Shown: positions 35,850-46,429 of the stretch, piece by piece
Numbering within the stretch: position 1 is the stretch's first letter
Layout of the letters: the number at the start of each line of letters is the position of its first letter
NCBI GenBank assembly: GCA_049286925.1
Contig: JBAQEV010000017.1
Span: 285-64,284 of the forward strand
Length of the DNA: 64,000 nt
Origin: Candidatus Saccharimonadales bacterium
GTDB lineage: Bacteria > Patescibacteriota > Saccharimonadia > Saccharimonadales > Saccharimonadaceae
Reading direction: 5' to 3'
Translations under genes and position numbers: made by a program
The notes under the pieces: model-generated
The model's database searches: none
What the model was told of the DNA's origin: nothing
The model's input: only the letters and a program-made list of their open reading frames with translations

Positions 35850-36508
35850 CTGTCACTCAATGCGTCTTTAATATCGTCATAACTAAAGCCTAGCCGTGCC
35901 AAGTAAGCCATGAGTTTTTGATTGTCCGGATACCTTAATCGTTTTTTATTTATTATTTTTTGAATCTCTTCTTTGTCATTACGAGACGTATCGCTTAGGG
36001 TTTCATCAATAATCTGGCTATTTACACCTTTTTTGCGCAACTCAAACATTAATTTACGCTGACTAGCACCCGCAATCATCGACCGGTTCTCTACCCAAAA
36101 CTCAGCAAATTTCTTATCATCGACATATCCCTTATTTTGCAGCCTTTCTAATACTCGTTCAGCCAGTTCGACGGAAGCACCCATCCTTAATTCGCCAGTT
36201 TTACCTCGCGATGGCATCGTTTTCTTTTTTAAATAGTCACGAACTTCACGCAGGCTTCGCAGCCGAATCATACAATAATTTAGAGTTCGAATATATAACT
36301 TTCCAAATTCGCTCTCGGCCTCTAATCGCTTTATTTCTTCTTCGCTGTAGTCTCGACCTACTTTAATAGCCAGTTCGCCAACTTGGGCGATATCAAGACT
36401 AAAACGGTATTTTCCATCAACCAACACATTCACACGATTTACGTCGCGTACCTGTGGGCTGATTGAAGTTATCTTCATAACTTGACTACTATTTAGCTTC
36501 TTCGGCAA
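35846..36508 (-). CDS. recX: RecA regulator RecX
   Basis: Three-helix-repeat pattern, located immediately downstream of and overlapping recA. Confidence 0.85.
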   Translation of the reverse strand: MPKKLNSSQVMKITSISPQVRDVNRVNVLVDGKYRFSLDIAQVGELAIKVGRDYSEEEIKRLEAESEFGKLYIRTLNYCMIRLRSLREVRDYLKKKTMPSRGKTGELRMGASVELAERVLERLQNKGYVDDKKFAEFWVENRSMIAGASQRKLMFELRKKGVNSQIIDETLSDTSRNDKEEIQKIINKKRLRYPDNQKLMAYLARLGFSYDDIKDALSDS

Positions 36509-37529
36509 CTTTCAAACGTACTTTGGTTTCAATTTCTTTTAGAAGTTTTGGATTTGCTTTCAAAAATTCTTTACTTGCTTCGCGACCTTGGCCAATTTTG
36601 GCATCCGCGTAATCAAACCAAGCACCTGATTTGCCGACAATTCCGTGCAATGCCGCCAAGTCAAGCACGTCACCGGTTTTGCTGATACCTTCGTTGTACA
36701 TAATGTCGAATTCAGCAACTCTAAACGGCGGAGCAATCTTGTTTTTAACAATCTTGACCTTGGTTCGGTTGCCAATAATCTCTTCACCTGATTTAATCTG
36801 GCCAGTTCGGCGAATGTCAATCCTAACTGACGCGTAAAACTTCAAGGCATTGCCACCAGTTGTCGTCTCTGGGTTGCCAAACATCACGCCAATCTTCATA
36901 CGAATCTGATTGATAAATACGACTGTTGACTTGCTTTTGCTGATAATACCGGTCAATTTACGAAGAGCCTGGCTCATTAGCCTAGCTTGAAGCCCCATGT
37001 GACTCTCGCCCATTTCGCCATCAATTTCGGCTTGAGGTACTAGCGCAGCGACTGAGTCAATTACCACGATATCAACAGCATTTGATCGAACCAAAGTTTC
37101 AACAATCTCTAATGCTTGTTCACCATTATCTGGCTGAGAGACTAATAGGTTGTCTGTATCCACGCCAAGTTTACGCGCATAAGCTGGGTCTAAGGCATGC
37201 TCGGCATCGACAAATGCTGCCGTGCCACCATTTTTTTGAATTTCAGCAATGGCATGCAGGGCAATCGTGGTTTTACCAGATGATTCAGGCCCAAATATTT
37301 CAATAACTCGGCCTTTTGGATAACCACCACCCAGCGCCAAGTCAAGCGACAAAGCACCGCTACTAATCAATTCGACGTCAGACGTTTTTGTATCACCAAG
37401 CCGGCGAATCGCACCGTCACCAAATTGTTTGTTAATCTGTTCTTGCGCTAGTCCTAGCGCTTTTAGCTTGCCCTCAAGCGCCGTGGGCTTCTCGCCCATC
37501 TCGGCTTTTTCAGTCTTTTTAGCTGTCAT
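36489..37529 (-). CDS. recA: Recombinase RecA
   Basis: GPESSGKTT Walker [10 protein letters not shown], the L1/L2 regions. Confidence 0.98.
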   Translation of the reverse strand: MTAKKTEKAEMGEKPTALEGKLKALGLAQEQINKQFGDGAIRRLGDTKTSDVELISSGALSLDLALGGGYPKGRVIEIFGPESSGKTTIALHAIAEIQKNGGTAAFVDAEHALDPAYARKLGVDTDNLLVSQPDNGEQALEIVETLVRSNAVDIVVIDSVAALVPQAEIDGEMGESHMGLQARLMSQALRKLTGIISKSKSTVVFINQIRMKIGVMFGNPETTTGGNALKFYASVRIDIRRTGQIKSGEEIIGNRTKVKIVKNKIAPPFRVAEFDIMYNEGISKTGDVLDLAALHGIVGKSGAWFDYADAKIGQGREASKEFLKANPKLLKEIETKVRLKVAEEAK

Positions 37530-37671
37530 ATAACCCCTCTTTCTTATCTAATATTAATTATACTTTGGTTTGAAGTAATTTACTACAAGATGAGCAAGCG
37601 AGAGAAGAAATAATGAATTTTTTTCCAAGTCTTTCGTAATGTTGCATAGTGCAGTGATATAATATAACCAG

Positions 37672-38064
37672 ATGAAAAAATCAAATGGTTTCACTGTAGT
37701 AGAAATAATTTTTGTAGCCTTATTAACAGGACTTGCTAGTATCCTGTTTTTTGTTCAAAAAAATAATATTGAAGTCATTGCTAGGGATGATAAGCGAAAG
37801 ATTGCTATCAATGCTATGTATTACAGCCTGGAGGAAGTCTTTTACAAGACTAACAAATATTACCCACAGACCATCTCTAGTGATAATCTAAAATCAGTTG
37901 AGCCGGCGCTACTAACCGACATGAACGATATTAAAATCGGCGAAGCTGGCAGTGAATACACCTACACGCCTACCAATTGCAGCAGCAATAAATGCAAAAG
38001 TTATACATTAAAAACCACCCTCGAAAACGAGAGTGATTATACAAAAACCAGCGTTAACGATTAG
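37672..38064 (+). CDS. Minor pilin-like prepilin-type protein
   Basis: MKKSNG|FTVVEIIFVALLTGLASILFF has the class III signal peptide pattern. Confidence 0.75.
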   Translation: MKKSNGFTVVEIIFVALLTGLASILFFVQKNNIEVIARDDKRKIAINAMYYSLEEVFYKTNKYYPQTISSDNLKSVEPALLTDMNDIKIGEAGSEYTYTPTNCSSNKCKSYTLKTTLENESDYTKTSVND

Positions 38065-38813
38065 TCGTCTTCGATTGGGCGACCGTTTTTAAATGCCTCA
38101 ACGGCATTATTAAGTCGTATAATTGCTTCTTTTGGCTTTGGTACATAAGTCATTCGATATGTAGTCTCTTCACCCTCGGTGCTAAGTCTAATTGAGCCAT
38201 AATTAAACAACTGCTGCAAAATACCCTCTTGTGCAAAGCTAGCATCTTCAATATTCAATAGGCTAACGGTTTGCTCCGACTTGAACAACAAACTATTTTG
38301 TATTTCTTGAATCACACTTTCATTGGTCAGATAAAAGCGATTATTCTCATATACATAATAAGCGACATACATTCCGATTACGACCAACAAAATAAAACCC
38401 ATGATTGGCAAAGTTACCCAAGCTGAATCAAGATTTTCAGTTGGCACTTGAATTGATTTAAAAATCGCCTCGTAATTAAACAAAAGTATTAACGCCAAAG
38501 AGATAATAAACGCGCCTACAGCAAACGGCGGAATTAGACCAATTGGATGCCGTCTAATATCTCTGACAATGTATTCTCCGGCACTCAAGTTAAGTGTTGG
38601 ATAAGCTTTAGTAGATCGATCATGCTTCAGCTGAGTCGTTGGACTAATAACCATTTTTTCAGGATCAGTTGACCTGGTCATATGAACAACTTGTGTGTGA
38701 TCTTTTTCATGCTTGTCAGAAGCCTTTGGCGGATGGGCGTACAGCGGATTGCCATCCTTGTCGTAGGCTACTGGCTTGTCGTAATCTGTTTGAGTATCTG
38801 ACTTTGAATCCAT
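38061..38813 (-). CDS. Membrane protein with a bacterial PH (bPH_2/YdbT-like) domain
   Basis: Two TM helices followed by a YLTNESVIQ...RLSTEGEE pattern. Confidence 0.6.
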   Translation of the reverse strand: MDSKSDTQTDYDKPVAYDKDGNPLYAHPPKASDKHEKDHTQVVHMTRSTDPEKMVISPTTQLKHDRSTKAYPTLNLSAGEYIVRDIRRHPIGLIPPFAVGAFIISLALILLFNYEAIFKSIQVPTENLDSAWVTLPIMGFILLVVIGMYVAYYVYENNRFYLTNESVIQEIQNSLLFKSEQTVSLLNIEDASFAQEGILQQLFNYGSIRLSTEGEETTYRMTYVPKPKEAIIRLNNAVEAFKNGRPIEDD

Positions 38814-38820
38814 GCTGTTA

Positions 38821-39855
38821 TTATACCAATTTTTGTTGTTTTATGTCCGATATTAATTCTTTGCCAACATGTTCAAATGCTCGTTTTGTCACGCGACGGC
38901 CTCTTGGCGTTCGTTCAATAAAACCAATCTGCAATAAATACGGTTCATAAAAGTCTTCTATTGTTGTTGCCTCATCACCAGTCAAAGCAGCAATTGTGTT
39001 AAGCCCAACTGGATTATTACCATAATTATCAATAATGCTGACCAAAAGATTGCGATCACCTGGGTCCAGGCCAATGCTGTCAATCTCAAGCAACCCAAGC
39101 GCTGATTGCGTTATTAATTTATCAATCATCCCATCGCCATTCACATCAGCGAAATCGCGAACCCTTTTTAGTAATCGATTAGCAACACGTGGCGTCAGCC
39201 TAGCCCTAGTTGACAGCAGATCGGCTGCCATTGGTTCAATTTTGCTGCCCAAAATATTGGCTGCTCGCGTAATAATCTGCGATATTTCGTTCGGTGTATA
39301 AAATTCGAGTCGATGAATTAACCCAAATCGATCGCGCAGTGGCGCCGATAATGCACCAGTCCTGGTGGTGGCACCGATTACTGTAAACTTTGGCAAATCC
39401 AAGCGTACACTTCTGGCAGCCGGACCCTTGCCAATCATAATATCCAATTTAAAATCTTCCATCGCACTGTACAAAACTTCCTCAACAGTACGACCCAAGC
39501 GGTGGATCTCGTCAATAAACAAAATATCACCATCGCCCAGGTTGGTAAGAATGCTCGCCAGGTCGCCAGGTCGCTCAATCGCGGTTCCGCTAGTAATACG
39601 AATATTCGTGCCCATCTCGTTGGCGATAACCGTTGCCATGGTAGTTTTTCCAAGCCCTGGAGGGCCATAAAGCAAAATATGATCAACTGGTTCACCACGT
39701 TTTTTGGCAGCATCAATTGCCAGCTGAAGATTGTTTTTCAGCCTATCTTGGCCAATGTATTCATCAAATCTTTTAGGACGAAGAGTATTCTCGATTTGCT
39801 TTTCATCGCTATCGTCATTGTGCACAGTCGCATCAATTATTCGTTCAATTGCCAT
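38821..39855 (-). CDS. ruvB: Holliday junction branch-migration helicase RuvB
   Basis: [15 protein letters not shown], a sensor region and a C-terminal winged helix. Confidence 0.97.
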   Translation of the reverse strand: MAIERIIDATVHNDDSDEKQIENTLRPKRFDEYIGQDRLKNNLQLAIDAAKKRGEPVDHILLYGPPGLGKTTMATVIANEMGTNIRITSGTAIERPGDLASILTNLGDGDILFIDEIHRLGRTVEEVLYSAMEDFKLDIMIGKGPAARSVRLDLPKFTVIGATTRTGALSAPLRDRFGLIHRLEFYTPNEISQIITRAANILGSKIEPMAADLLSTRARLTPRVANRLLKRVRDFADVNGDGMIDKLITQSALGLLEIDSIGLDPGDRNLLVSIIDNYGNNPVGLNTIAALTGDEATTIEDFYEPYLLQIGFIERTPRGRRVTKRAFEHVGKELISDIKQQKLV

Positions 39856-40436
39856 TATACCTTCCCCTTAAGTGCGTGAGTTACACGCTCTGCGGTCGAT
39901 AAATCAAGGCCGACGCCCTCGAGCGCCTTGGCGGCATCGTTTAAATTATAGCCAAGCGCCATCAAAGCCTCTAACGCCTCATCATTGATAACCTCTTTTT
40001 CTGGCATATTCATTCGTCCACCGCTTGTCTTTGTGGCATAGCCGACCTTGTCAGACAAATCAATAATCACACGTTCGGCAGTTTTTTTGCCGATACCACT
40101 TGCCTGTGTCACAAACGTTACATCGCCCAGCGCAATGGCGTTGCGTACAGTTTCGCCGTCACCTAATGACAAAATTGCTAGCGCCGCTTTTGGACCAACT
40201 CCCTGTACCGTAATAAATAACTCAAACAATCTCTTGGCTATCAAACTAGAAAAACCATACAAATCTTGGCTTTGTTCGCGGATATGATGATAGGTATAAA
40301 ATTTGGTAGTTGAGTCTAGCAAAGCCGCCTCATAGTCACCAACCGCAACTTGAACTTCATAGCCCACTCCGTGGACATCAATAATAAGAGATGATCCAAA
40401 TTTTTCAACTACTATCCCAAAAACATGCGCAATCAT
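39855..40436 (-). CDS. ruvA: Holliday junction DNA-binding protein RuvA
   Basis: OB fold, HhH pairs ([11 protein letters not shown]; [10 protein letters not shown]) and domain III. Confidence 0.95.
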   Translation of the reverse strand: MIAHVFGIVVEKFGSSLIIDVHGVGYEVQVAVGDYEAALLDSTTKFYTYHHIREQSQDLYGFSSLIAKRLFELFITVQGVGPKAALAILSLGDGETVRNAIALGDVTFVTQASGIGKKTAERVIIDLSDKVGYATKTSGGRMNMPEKEVINDEALEALMALGYNLNDAAKALEGVGLDLSTAERVTHALKGKV

Positions 40437-40508
40437 ATAGTTATTATAACACTAGGAGTTGAGAGAAATGATTACTTGTAAGCATTTCCGAAACGACGAC
40501 GTGTTATA

Positions 40509-41000
40509 TTAGCACGGTAGTACTAATATACCAGGGGTCATCATGTAATGTGTAATCGCAACGGCCAATGCATCGGCACAATCGTCTGGCTTTGGCACTT
40601 GAGATAGCCCAAGTTGGATTTTAACCATCTCTTGAACTTGCTTTTTGTCAGCCTTGCCATAACCAGTAACGGTTTGTTTTATCTGTAGCGGCGTGTACTC
40701 ATGAATCGGCAATCCGCCTTTTCGACCAGCCAACATTGCCACGCCCCTGGCGTGCGAGACACTCATAGCCGTAGTAACATTACGTGTAAAAAATAACTTT
40801 TCAATCGACATACAGTCTGGCTTTGTGCTGGCGATTATCTCGCTCAAACTATCAAAAATGTCCTCAAGGCGCACATCCAGCGGCGTATGGGCCGGCGTGG
40901 TTATTACCCCAGCATCAACCATCTTGATTTTGTCTTTGACAATATCAATAACACCAAAACCCAAAATACCAGTGCCTGGATCGATACCAATGATTCTCAT
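40509..41000 (-). CDS. ruvC: Holliday junction resolvase RuvC
   Basis: MRIIGIDPGT... acidic catalytic residues and the ADALAVAI motif. Confidence 0.95.
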   Translation of the reverse strand: MRIIGIDPGTGILGFGVIDIVKDKIKMVDAGVITTPAHTPLDVRLEDIFDSLSEIIASTKPDCMSIEKLFFTRNVTTAMSVSHARGVAMLAGRKGGLPIHEYTPLQIKQTVTGYGKADKKQVQEMVKIQLGLSQVPKPDDCADALAVAITHYMMTPGILVLPC

Positions 41001-41021
41001 ATCAATAAGTATAATCTATTT

Positions 41022-42866
41022 TCACCCATTCAGCACGCCGACAACTTTTTTGACTAGTTGCATAATCTCTTGTCGCCATTCCCAAATTCCATAGATAACA
41101 GCCAAAACCCCAACACCAGCCAATGACCACCAAACAATACTATTATCAGGTGACGTGTTGGTTTGCTCAACGGCAAAACCTACTGTTGGCATATCGCTAA
41201 TAATATTTCGACAACGATTCGTTTCGGGATTCCTTTCTTGACCTTCTTTGCATGGTACCAGACTAGTGGCAGCTAATACCGCAGAAACTGACCGACATCG
41301 ATTTGTCGCAGGATTACGCTCTTGGCCTTCCGCGCAAGGAATCAAATTTGATACATCCGATGCAAGATTACGACATCGACCCGTTTCTTCGCTGCGATAT
41401 TGCCCAACCTTACACGGCGTCAGATTTGAGGACACTGTCGGAATTAATTTACACCGATTCGTTTCGGGATTGCGATACTGATTCGCGGCACAAGGTTTTA
41501 AAGTACTGGCTGCCGGCTTCACCACTACTGGTTCGATATACGAAGGTATATTACCACCCCCAGGCGTAGGCCGATTTGTAAACTGCCAAATGCCGTCAAT
41601 TAATGCCCAAGCCATACCGTCTTTGGGATCTGAGTAGTATGGAGTTTCATCGATAAGCACATTATCCAAAGACCTTAATGTCACACTGCTTGTTGTGTTA
41701 ACTAGTGTGAATTTAATATCGTCACTGTAAAATGCCATATACTCACCAGGCCCAATGATCAAACCAACCGGAAAACTATAAAAATGCTCAAGGTTTGAAC
41801 CTATATATAAAACATAGTACATTAAATCCACGGCACTAGAATTTGGATTATAAACCTCGATATATTCATTACCGTCATCCGACCCGTTGGCATTTGGCAG
41901 CAGCTCATTCAGTTTTAGAGGTAACAGTTTTAATACACAGTTATTTCCTGATTCCGTAAAGCCATCCGGCACGACGCCCTGAACGCCCGTAAGATTCAGA
42001 CACACATCGTGCGGCAGACAATCGCCCGCGCTATCCAATTCCATGCCATCGGGCAGCACCAGTTGTAAACCATCAAGATTTGAACAAAAATCAGCTTGAC
42101 AGTTACTATTTTCATCAAACAAATATCCACCTGGTACTACAATCTGTAATCCATCAATATTTTTACATACATCGACCGGCGACGGACTACACTGATTGTC
42201 TTCATATAATGTGTATTCTTCGGGCAATACTTCTTGAACACCATCAATGTTTGAACAAATGTCCTGCAATTCATATAAAGAACCGTACGAATACGCCTCA
42301 TCAGGGTAATCAATAGCAAAATCAACCATATTATCATCGGTATCCTGAAGTACTCCATCCTTGCTTAAACGCTTCATGATTTGACCAATCTCTGGGACGG
42401 GCGCTGGATTACCTTCAGGCATAGTCGCCAATCCCCAGCCAACCCTGTCTATTTCAGTGCTCAAACTATCGACTAGTTTTACGTGCCCACCAGTCCCCGA
42501 CATCCCACCGTTGAAGTTAAAATCGCTACCCAAACCAGGCTCAGCAACACTCAGCTGATTTGAAACAATAAATATAGACTCGCCAGCCGGTAAGTATAAA
42601 TGCGCTAAAGCGTTCTGGGCCACAAAACAAACTAATTTTGTAGTCGTTTTAGCTGAAGCACTGATATAGAAAAGACACAAATCAGTCACTTCTATGTTTT
42701 TGTTATTTTTGTTAGCAATCTGGATAAATTCATTGCTTGCCGAAAGCGAGTCACCTAATTGAATCTGACTAATTACAATATTGTCGCTTGCGGCATTAGA
42801 AAAAGGCACATTTAACATACAAGTCGAAACAATACATGCAATCAATACCACATACAGCTTACGCAT
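41022..42866 (-). CDS. Secreted, C-terminally anchored protein with two lamin-tail domains and a Cys-pair repeat stalk
   Basis: Signal peptide. LTD-like segments (ISQIQLGD...NEFIQIANKNN; LNELLPNANGSDDGNEYIEVYNPN). Four PCxxGQxRNPxTNRC(R/K) repeats. C-terminal TM helix. Confidence 0.8.
   Translation of the reverse strand: MRKLYVVLIACIVSTCMLNVPFSNAASDNIVISQIQLGDSLSASNEFIQIANKNNKNIEVTDLCLFYISASAKTTTKLVCFVAQNALAHLYLPAGESIFIVSNQLSVAEPGLGSDFNFNGGMSGTGGHVKLVDSLSTEIDRVGWGLATMPEGNPAPVPEIGQIMKRLSKDGVLQDTDDNMVDFAIDYPDEAYSYGSLYELQDICSNIDGVQEVLPEEYTLYEDNQCSPSPVDVCKNIDGLQIVVPGGYLFDENSNCQADFCSNLDGLQLVLPDGMELDSAGDCLPHDVCLNLTGVQGVVPDGFTESGNNCVLKLLPLKLNELLPNANGSDDGNEYIEVYNPNSSAVDLMYYVLYIGSNLEHFYSFPVGLIIGPGEYMAFYSDDIKFTLVNTTSSVTLRSLDNVLIDETPYYSDPKDGMAWALIDGIWQFTNRPTPGGGNIPSYIEPVVVKPAASTLKPCAANQYRNPETNRCKLIPTVSSNLTPCKVGQYRSEETGRCRNLASDVSNLIPCAEGQERNPATNRCRSVSAVLAATSLVPCKEGQERNPETNRCRNIISDMPTVGFAVEQTNTSPDNSIVWWSLAGVGVLAVIYGIWEWRQEIMQLVKKVVGVLNG
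41208..41495 (-). repeat. Four in-frame repeats encoding PCxxGQ(Y/E)R(N/S)(P/E)(E/A)T(N/G)RC(R/K)
   Basis: Residues 458-553 of the 41022..42866 protein. Each repeat has two Cys spaced by 13 residues. Linkers are 9-14 aa. Confidence 0.85.
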
Positions 42867-42908
42867 AGCTGTATGATATGCTATTTTTAAGCTAAATACA
42901 AGTTTTGT

Positions 42909-43634
42909 TTATTCTGGCAAGTCAACAGTAATGTCAGCGTTATGATAAACGTTCATTACGTCGTCTTGATCGTCAATCGCATCCAACAATTTAATTAATT
43001 TTTCGGCGGTTTCAACGTCATTGATTTGAATCATCATATTTGGAACAAATTGAAGTTCGGCTCCCATTACCGTAAGACCAGACTCGACAATCGATTTTCT
43101 GACACGCGCGAGGTCTTTTTGGTCGGTATAAATAACCAGTTCGCCATCTTCTTCAACAGCATCCATTGCCCCTGCGTCAAGAACTTGCAACAAGGCATCT
43201 TCGCCAATTTCGCTAACCCGAATAACACCTTTTCTAGTGAATTGAAAGGCTACACTGCCAGCATCGGCTATGCGCCCACCAGCTTTGGATACAATACTCT
43301 TAATCTCTGGGAATGTACGGTTTTTGTTGTCAGTTGCGGCCTCAATAATAATGCCAATGCCGCCTGGGCCCATAGATTCATAAGTCGCTTCTTCCATGAC
43401 AGTGGCGTTTTTGTCGCTAACGCGATCAATCGCGCGTTGGATATTGACTGCCGGCATATTAGCTTGTTTAGCTTTTTCAATCGCCATATATAATGTCGAA
43501 TTCATCATCGGATCGGTACCGCTTCGAGCAGCTATTGCAATTAGATTTCCTAATCTTGTAAAAATAGCACCCCGTTTAGCGTCTTTTAGACCTTTTTCGC
43601 GTTTAATAGTTGACCACTTGCTATGACCGGACAT
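42909..43634 (-). CDS. yebC: YebC/PmpR family DNA-binding regulator
   Basis: MSGHSKWSTIKREKG... canonical N-terminus. ATG at 43634. Confidence 0.95.
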   Translation of the reverse strand: MSGHSKWSTIKREKGLKDAKRGAIFTRLGNLIAIAARSGTDPMMNSTLYMAIEKAKQANMPAVNIQRAIDRVSDKNATVMEEATYESMGPGGIGIIIEAATDNKNRTFPEIKSIVSKAGGRIADAGSVAFQFTRKGVIRVSEIGEDALLQVLDAGAMDAVEEDGELVIYTDQKDLARVRKSIVESGLTVMGAELQFVPNMMIQINDVETAEKLIKLLDAIDDQDDVMNVYHNADITVDLPE

Positions 43635-43771
43635 AATGAGGACTCCCAAGCCTTATTGATATTTGAACCTATTATATCAGTTCTGCCGCTCTGATGTAAC
43701 ACTTCGTCACCTCGGGAATGCTTGCTAACAATCATTTCACTCGGGTTCCTAGTGTTATAACAGACAACGGA

Positions 43772-45223
43772 TTATTCGACCAGGTTCGAATTGCGCAAGT
43801 TATAGCCAGTTACTCTCCATAAATACAGGCAAATTGTCACGATAAATACATAGCAAATCACAACACCCCACCATTCCAGCCTGACCGTAGCGATAGCCCA
43901 GGGCAGACCCGCAAATAATTGTGCTACATTTACCATATATCCCAACAACCACGTGGCTGGAGCCGCAATAACGACTGCCAGCGACGGTAAGGCTAGGCTC
44001 CCCAGCCCTGCAATAAAAGTTAGCAACATAGCAAGCGGTACTAACGGCAACACTAACAAATTCGTAATAATCGCAACATTCGATATCTGACCAAACGCCG
44101 CAATTAAGATTGGCGCGGTTAGTATTTGAGCCGATACCGTTTCAATTAAAACTTGTCCAATAAAACCTGGTTTTTTATCGCCAAACAAATACCGGCTGGC
44201 TAGGGGTGCCAGTATCATAACTCCCCCGAAAGCCATGAACGACAGTTGCCAGCCCAAATCACCCCAGGCATAACTTGGGTCGATTATTATTGTCAAAGCC
44301 ACCGCAACAGACAGCAATGTGATAGGATGAAAACTTCGGCCATAATACCAAGCAGTTAAACTTAAGGCAGCTACCAACCCCGCTCGCATCATACTCGGGC
44401 TGAGTCCGGTTATTAATATAAAGGCAATTATCATAAACCCAGCCACCATAACTGACAAATATTTGGATATTTTCGTCAATAATCGACGAGACATCCTAAC
44501 TAAAATCGTCAAGTTATAGCCGCTAGCCACAACCACGTGAGTCAACCCCGCCATTTGCAATGCCAATGCTAAATCAACTGGCAATGACCGACGTTGACCA
44601 ACTAAATAACCAATACCTAGGCTTGATTCTGGTTCGGGAATTGCCACTCGTACTAAATTCGCAAACCAATCACGCAAAACCCGCGCCATATCACCAGGCC
44701 GTAGTTGTACAATTTTGATAACATCCGCTTTGCGCACAACACCAGCAAAGCTGCCAAATCCTTTGATAATTTGCCCACGAATCGTCAAAATATCCCCACG
44801 TTTTATATCCGCCGATGATGATGTCGCCACCCATAAGGTACCTGGTATTTTTTTGTCTTCAATCACCAAGTTGTCTAATCTGATTACCAGTTTTTCTGGC
44901 GTACCATCGACATCGTCTTTAACCGAACCTTGCAATGTAACATTTTTGCCATATAAGAGTTCATAAGCTTCCAGATTATTTATCATAATCGAGCCCCTCC
45001 ATAATCCAAACAATACCGAACCAATAATTATAATTGGCAATAAGTATAGATATCTGCCGCCAAATCCTACTATTATCAAAGCAATTGATAATAACAACCA
45101 AACATATGACATACAATAATCACCAAAATATCTAGCCAAAACCACACCAATAAAGACGCCTATGCACGCCAGTGTAATCAGCCACGATATATGCAAGCGA
45201 CGTTTAAATACCCACCAATACAT
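43772..45223 (-). CDS. comEC: ComEC/Rec2-family DNA internalisation channel (no beta-lactamase domain)
   Basis: DUF4131-like N-terminal part plus the Competence domain (GLTHVVVASGYNLTIL). Polytopic. Confidence 0.85.
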   Translation of the reverse strand: MYWWVFKRRLHISWLITLACIGVFIGVVLARYFGDYCMSYVWLLLSIALIIVGFGGRYLYLLPIIIIGSVLFGLWRGSIMINNLEAYELLYGKNVTLQGSVKDDVDGTPEKLVIRLDNLVIEDKKIPGTLWVATSSSADIKRGDILTIRGQIIKGFGSFAGVVRKADVIKIVQLRPGDMARVLRDWFANLVRVAIPEPESSLGIGYLVGQRRSLPVDLALALQMAGLTHVVVASGYNLTILVRMSRRLLTKISKYLSVMVAGFMIIAFILITGLSPSMMRAGLVAALSLTAWYYGRSFHPITLLSVAVALTIIIDPSYAWGDLGWQLSFMAFGGVMILAPLASRYLFGDKKPGFIGQVLIETVSAQILTAPILIAAFGQISNVAIITNLLVLPLVPLAMLLTFIAGLGSLALPSLAVVIAAPATWLLGYMVNVAQLFAGLPWAIATVRLEWWGVVICYVFIVTICLYLWRVTGYNLRNSNLVE

Positions 45224-45259
45224 ATTGGTAGTATATCAAATTCTTAAAACCGGCTTAAA

Positions 45260-45943
45260 CTATCCGATAAAATCTTGAACCGTGTCCAAAAAAGCTTCTC
45301 TTCCCTGGGTCACCAAATAAAGATGGCCGCCATCAAATTCGACCATTTCTGATCCTTTGATGTTTTTATGAATCTCACTTACTAATTCAAACGGGGTTAT
45401 TTTGTCCTTACGTCCATGCAATATCAATGTAGGCACCTTAATTTGGCCCATTTTTGATGAACAATCATAAAAAACAGGCGCAAGGTGTTGTTTTTGCCTG
45501 GCGCCTATAGATTGTGTGTATTTGCCTTTCACGAAAGTGGTCAAAGAATTGAGAGCCAAAAAACGACGGTTGTTTGTTGTGTTACAAACCGTCGCTGCTA
45601 GAATCAATCGTTTTACTCTTTCTGGGTGTCTGAATGTAATTTCCATTGCAATCCGACTACCCATCGAAATTCCCAAAATATTTGCATTATTTATGTTTAA
45701 TTCTTCAATCAAAATAGCGGCATCATCCGCCATTGTTTCTATTAAGTTATCACTGTCTGTCTTTTGGCTGCGTCCACACCCGCGTTGATCATAGGCAACC
45801 ACTTGGTGGTGTTTTGCCAATTCCTTAATCAATAAGGTCCATTCAGAAATGTTAGTATCTGGGCCTAAAACCAAAAGTACGGTCTTGCCTTCGCCCTTGA
45901 CCTCGTAATAAATATTCGTACCATTAATTTCCACCTTTGGCAT
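45260..45943 (-). CDS. Alpha/beta hydrolase
   Basis: Nucleophile elbow GISMGS and a C-terminal GGH. Confidence 0.85.
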   Translation of the reverse strand: MPKVEINGTNIYYEVKGEGKTVLLVLGPDTNISEWTLLIKELAKHHQVVAYDQRGCGRSQKTDSDNLIETMADDAAILIEELNINNANILGISMGSRIAMEITFRHPERVKRLILAATVCNTTNNRRFLALNSLTTFVKGKYTQSIGARQKQHLAPVFYDCSSKMGQIKVPTLILHGRKDKITPFELVSEIHKNIKGSEMVEFDGGHLYLVTQGREAFLDTVQDFIG

Positions 45944-45984
45944 AATCTAGTTATACCACCGGTTAGGTGATTTGGCAATGGGGA

Positions 45985-46231
45985 GGCAAGGCTGATTCTT
46001 GGTCGAACCTCGCCAATATGACAGAATTAATCGACAACGCAAAGAACATACGCAAAGCTAGCGACCCGCCCGATTCCAATACTTTATTTCAATAGGATGT
46101 GGCGGTAGCCAGCCAAACGCCACGTGCTGACCACATAGTGGTCACACGTAGAGTGGCCTGTTGGAATAAATGTATTGGGAGCGGGCGGCGGGTGGAGGTG
46201 TCGTGAGTTTGAGGCTCGCTGGTCCTTGCCA
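45985..46231 (+). ncRNA. Structured ncRNA with a tRNA-like end, possibly tmRNA (ssrA). Uncertain.
   Basis: 5' GGCAAGG pairs perfectly with 3' CCTTGCC, followed by A. GGCTGATTCTTGGTCGAAC resembles the tmRNA 5' consensus (E. coli GGGGCUGAUUCUGGAUUCGAC). A T-arm-like GTGAG-TTTGAGG-CTCGC sits near the 3' end. There are long-range helices (CCGCCCG/CGGGCGG, CCAATA/TATTGG) and a dedicated terminator. No G3-U70 pair and no convincing tag ORF were found. Confidence 0.35.
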
Positions 46232-46239
46232 AAAAAATA

Positions 46240-46269
46240 CACCCATCCAAAGGATGAGTGAATTTTTTT
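46240..46269. terminator. Bidirectional terminator between the ncRNA candidate and tRNA-Lys
   Basis: CACCCATCC-AAA-GGATGAGTG is flanked by an A-run and a T-run. Confidence 0.7.
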
Positions 46270-46345
46270 GGTGAGGCCAGTGAGACTTGAACTCACGACA
46301 CCCTGCTTAAAAGGCAGGTGCTCTAACCAGCTGAGCTATGGCCTC
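46269..46345 (-). tRNA. tRNA-Lys (TTT)
   Basis: Acceptor GAGGCCA/TGGCCTC, anticodon stem CCTGC/GCAGG with loop CTTTTAA, T-arm GTGAG-TTCAAGT-CTCAC and CCA. Length 77 nt. Confidence 0.92.
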
Positions 46346-46429
46346 ATACGAGCAATAAATGCGACCTACCCTGTCGGATGACGGGGTGGCCTCATATCTG
46401 GAAAATATACCATTTTTAGGTGTAATTTG

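Noticed and set aside
41248-41569. Two + strand ORFs (77 and 88 aa)
   Set aside because: They are antisense to the Cys-pair repeat region of the lamin-tail protein. The repeat structure keeps the antisense frames open.
45985-46231. RNase P RNA or SRP RNA as the identity of the ncRNA candidate
   Set aside because: The universally conserved RNase P and SRP sequence blocks are absent. The tRNA-like end pairing plus T-arm fits a tmRNA-like or tRNA-like RNA better, although not canonically.
46084-46296. 70-aa ORF on the minus strand between the hydrolase gene and tRNA-Lys
   Set aside because: It overlaps the 3' part of tRNA-Lys, the bidirectional terminator and the structured ncRNA candidate.
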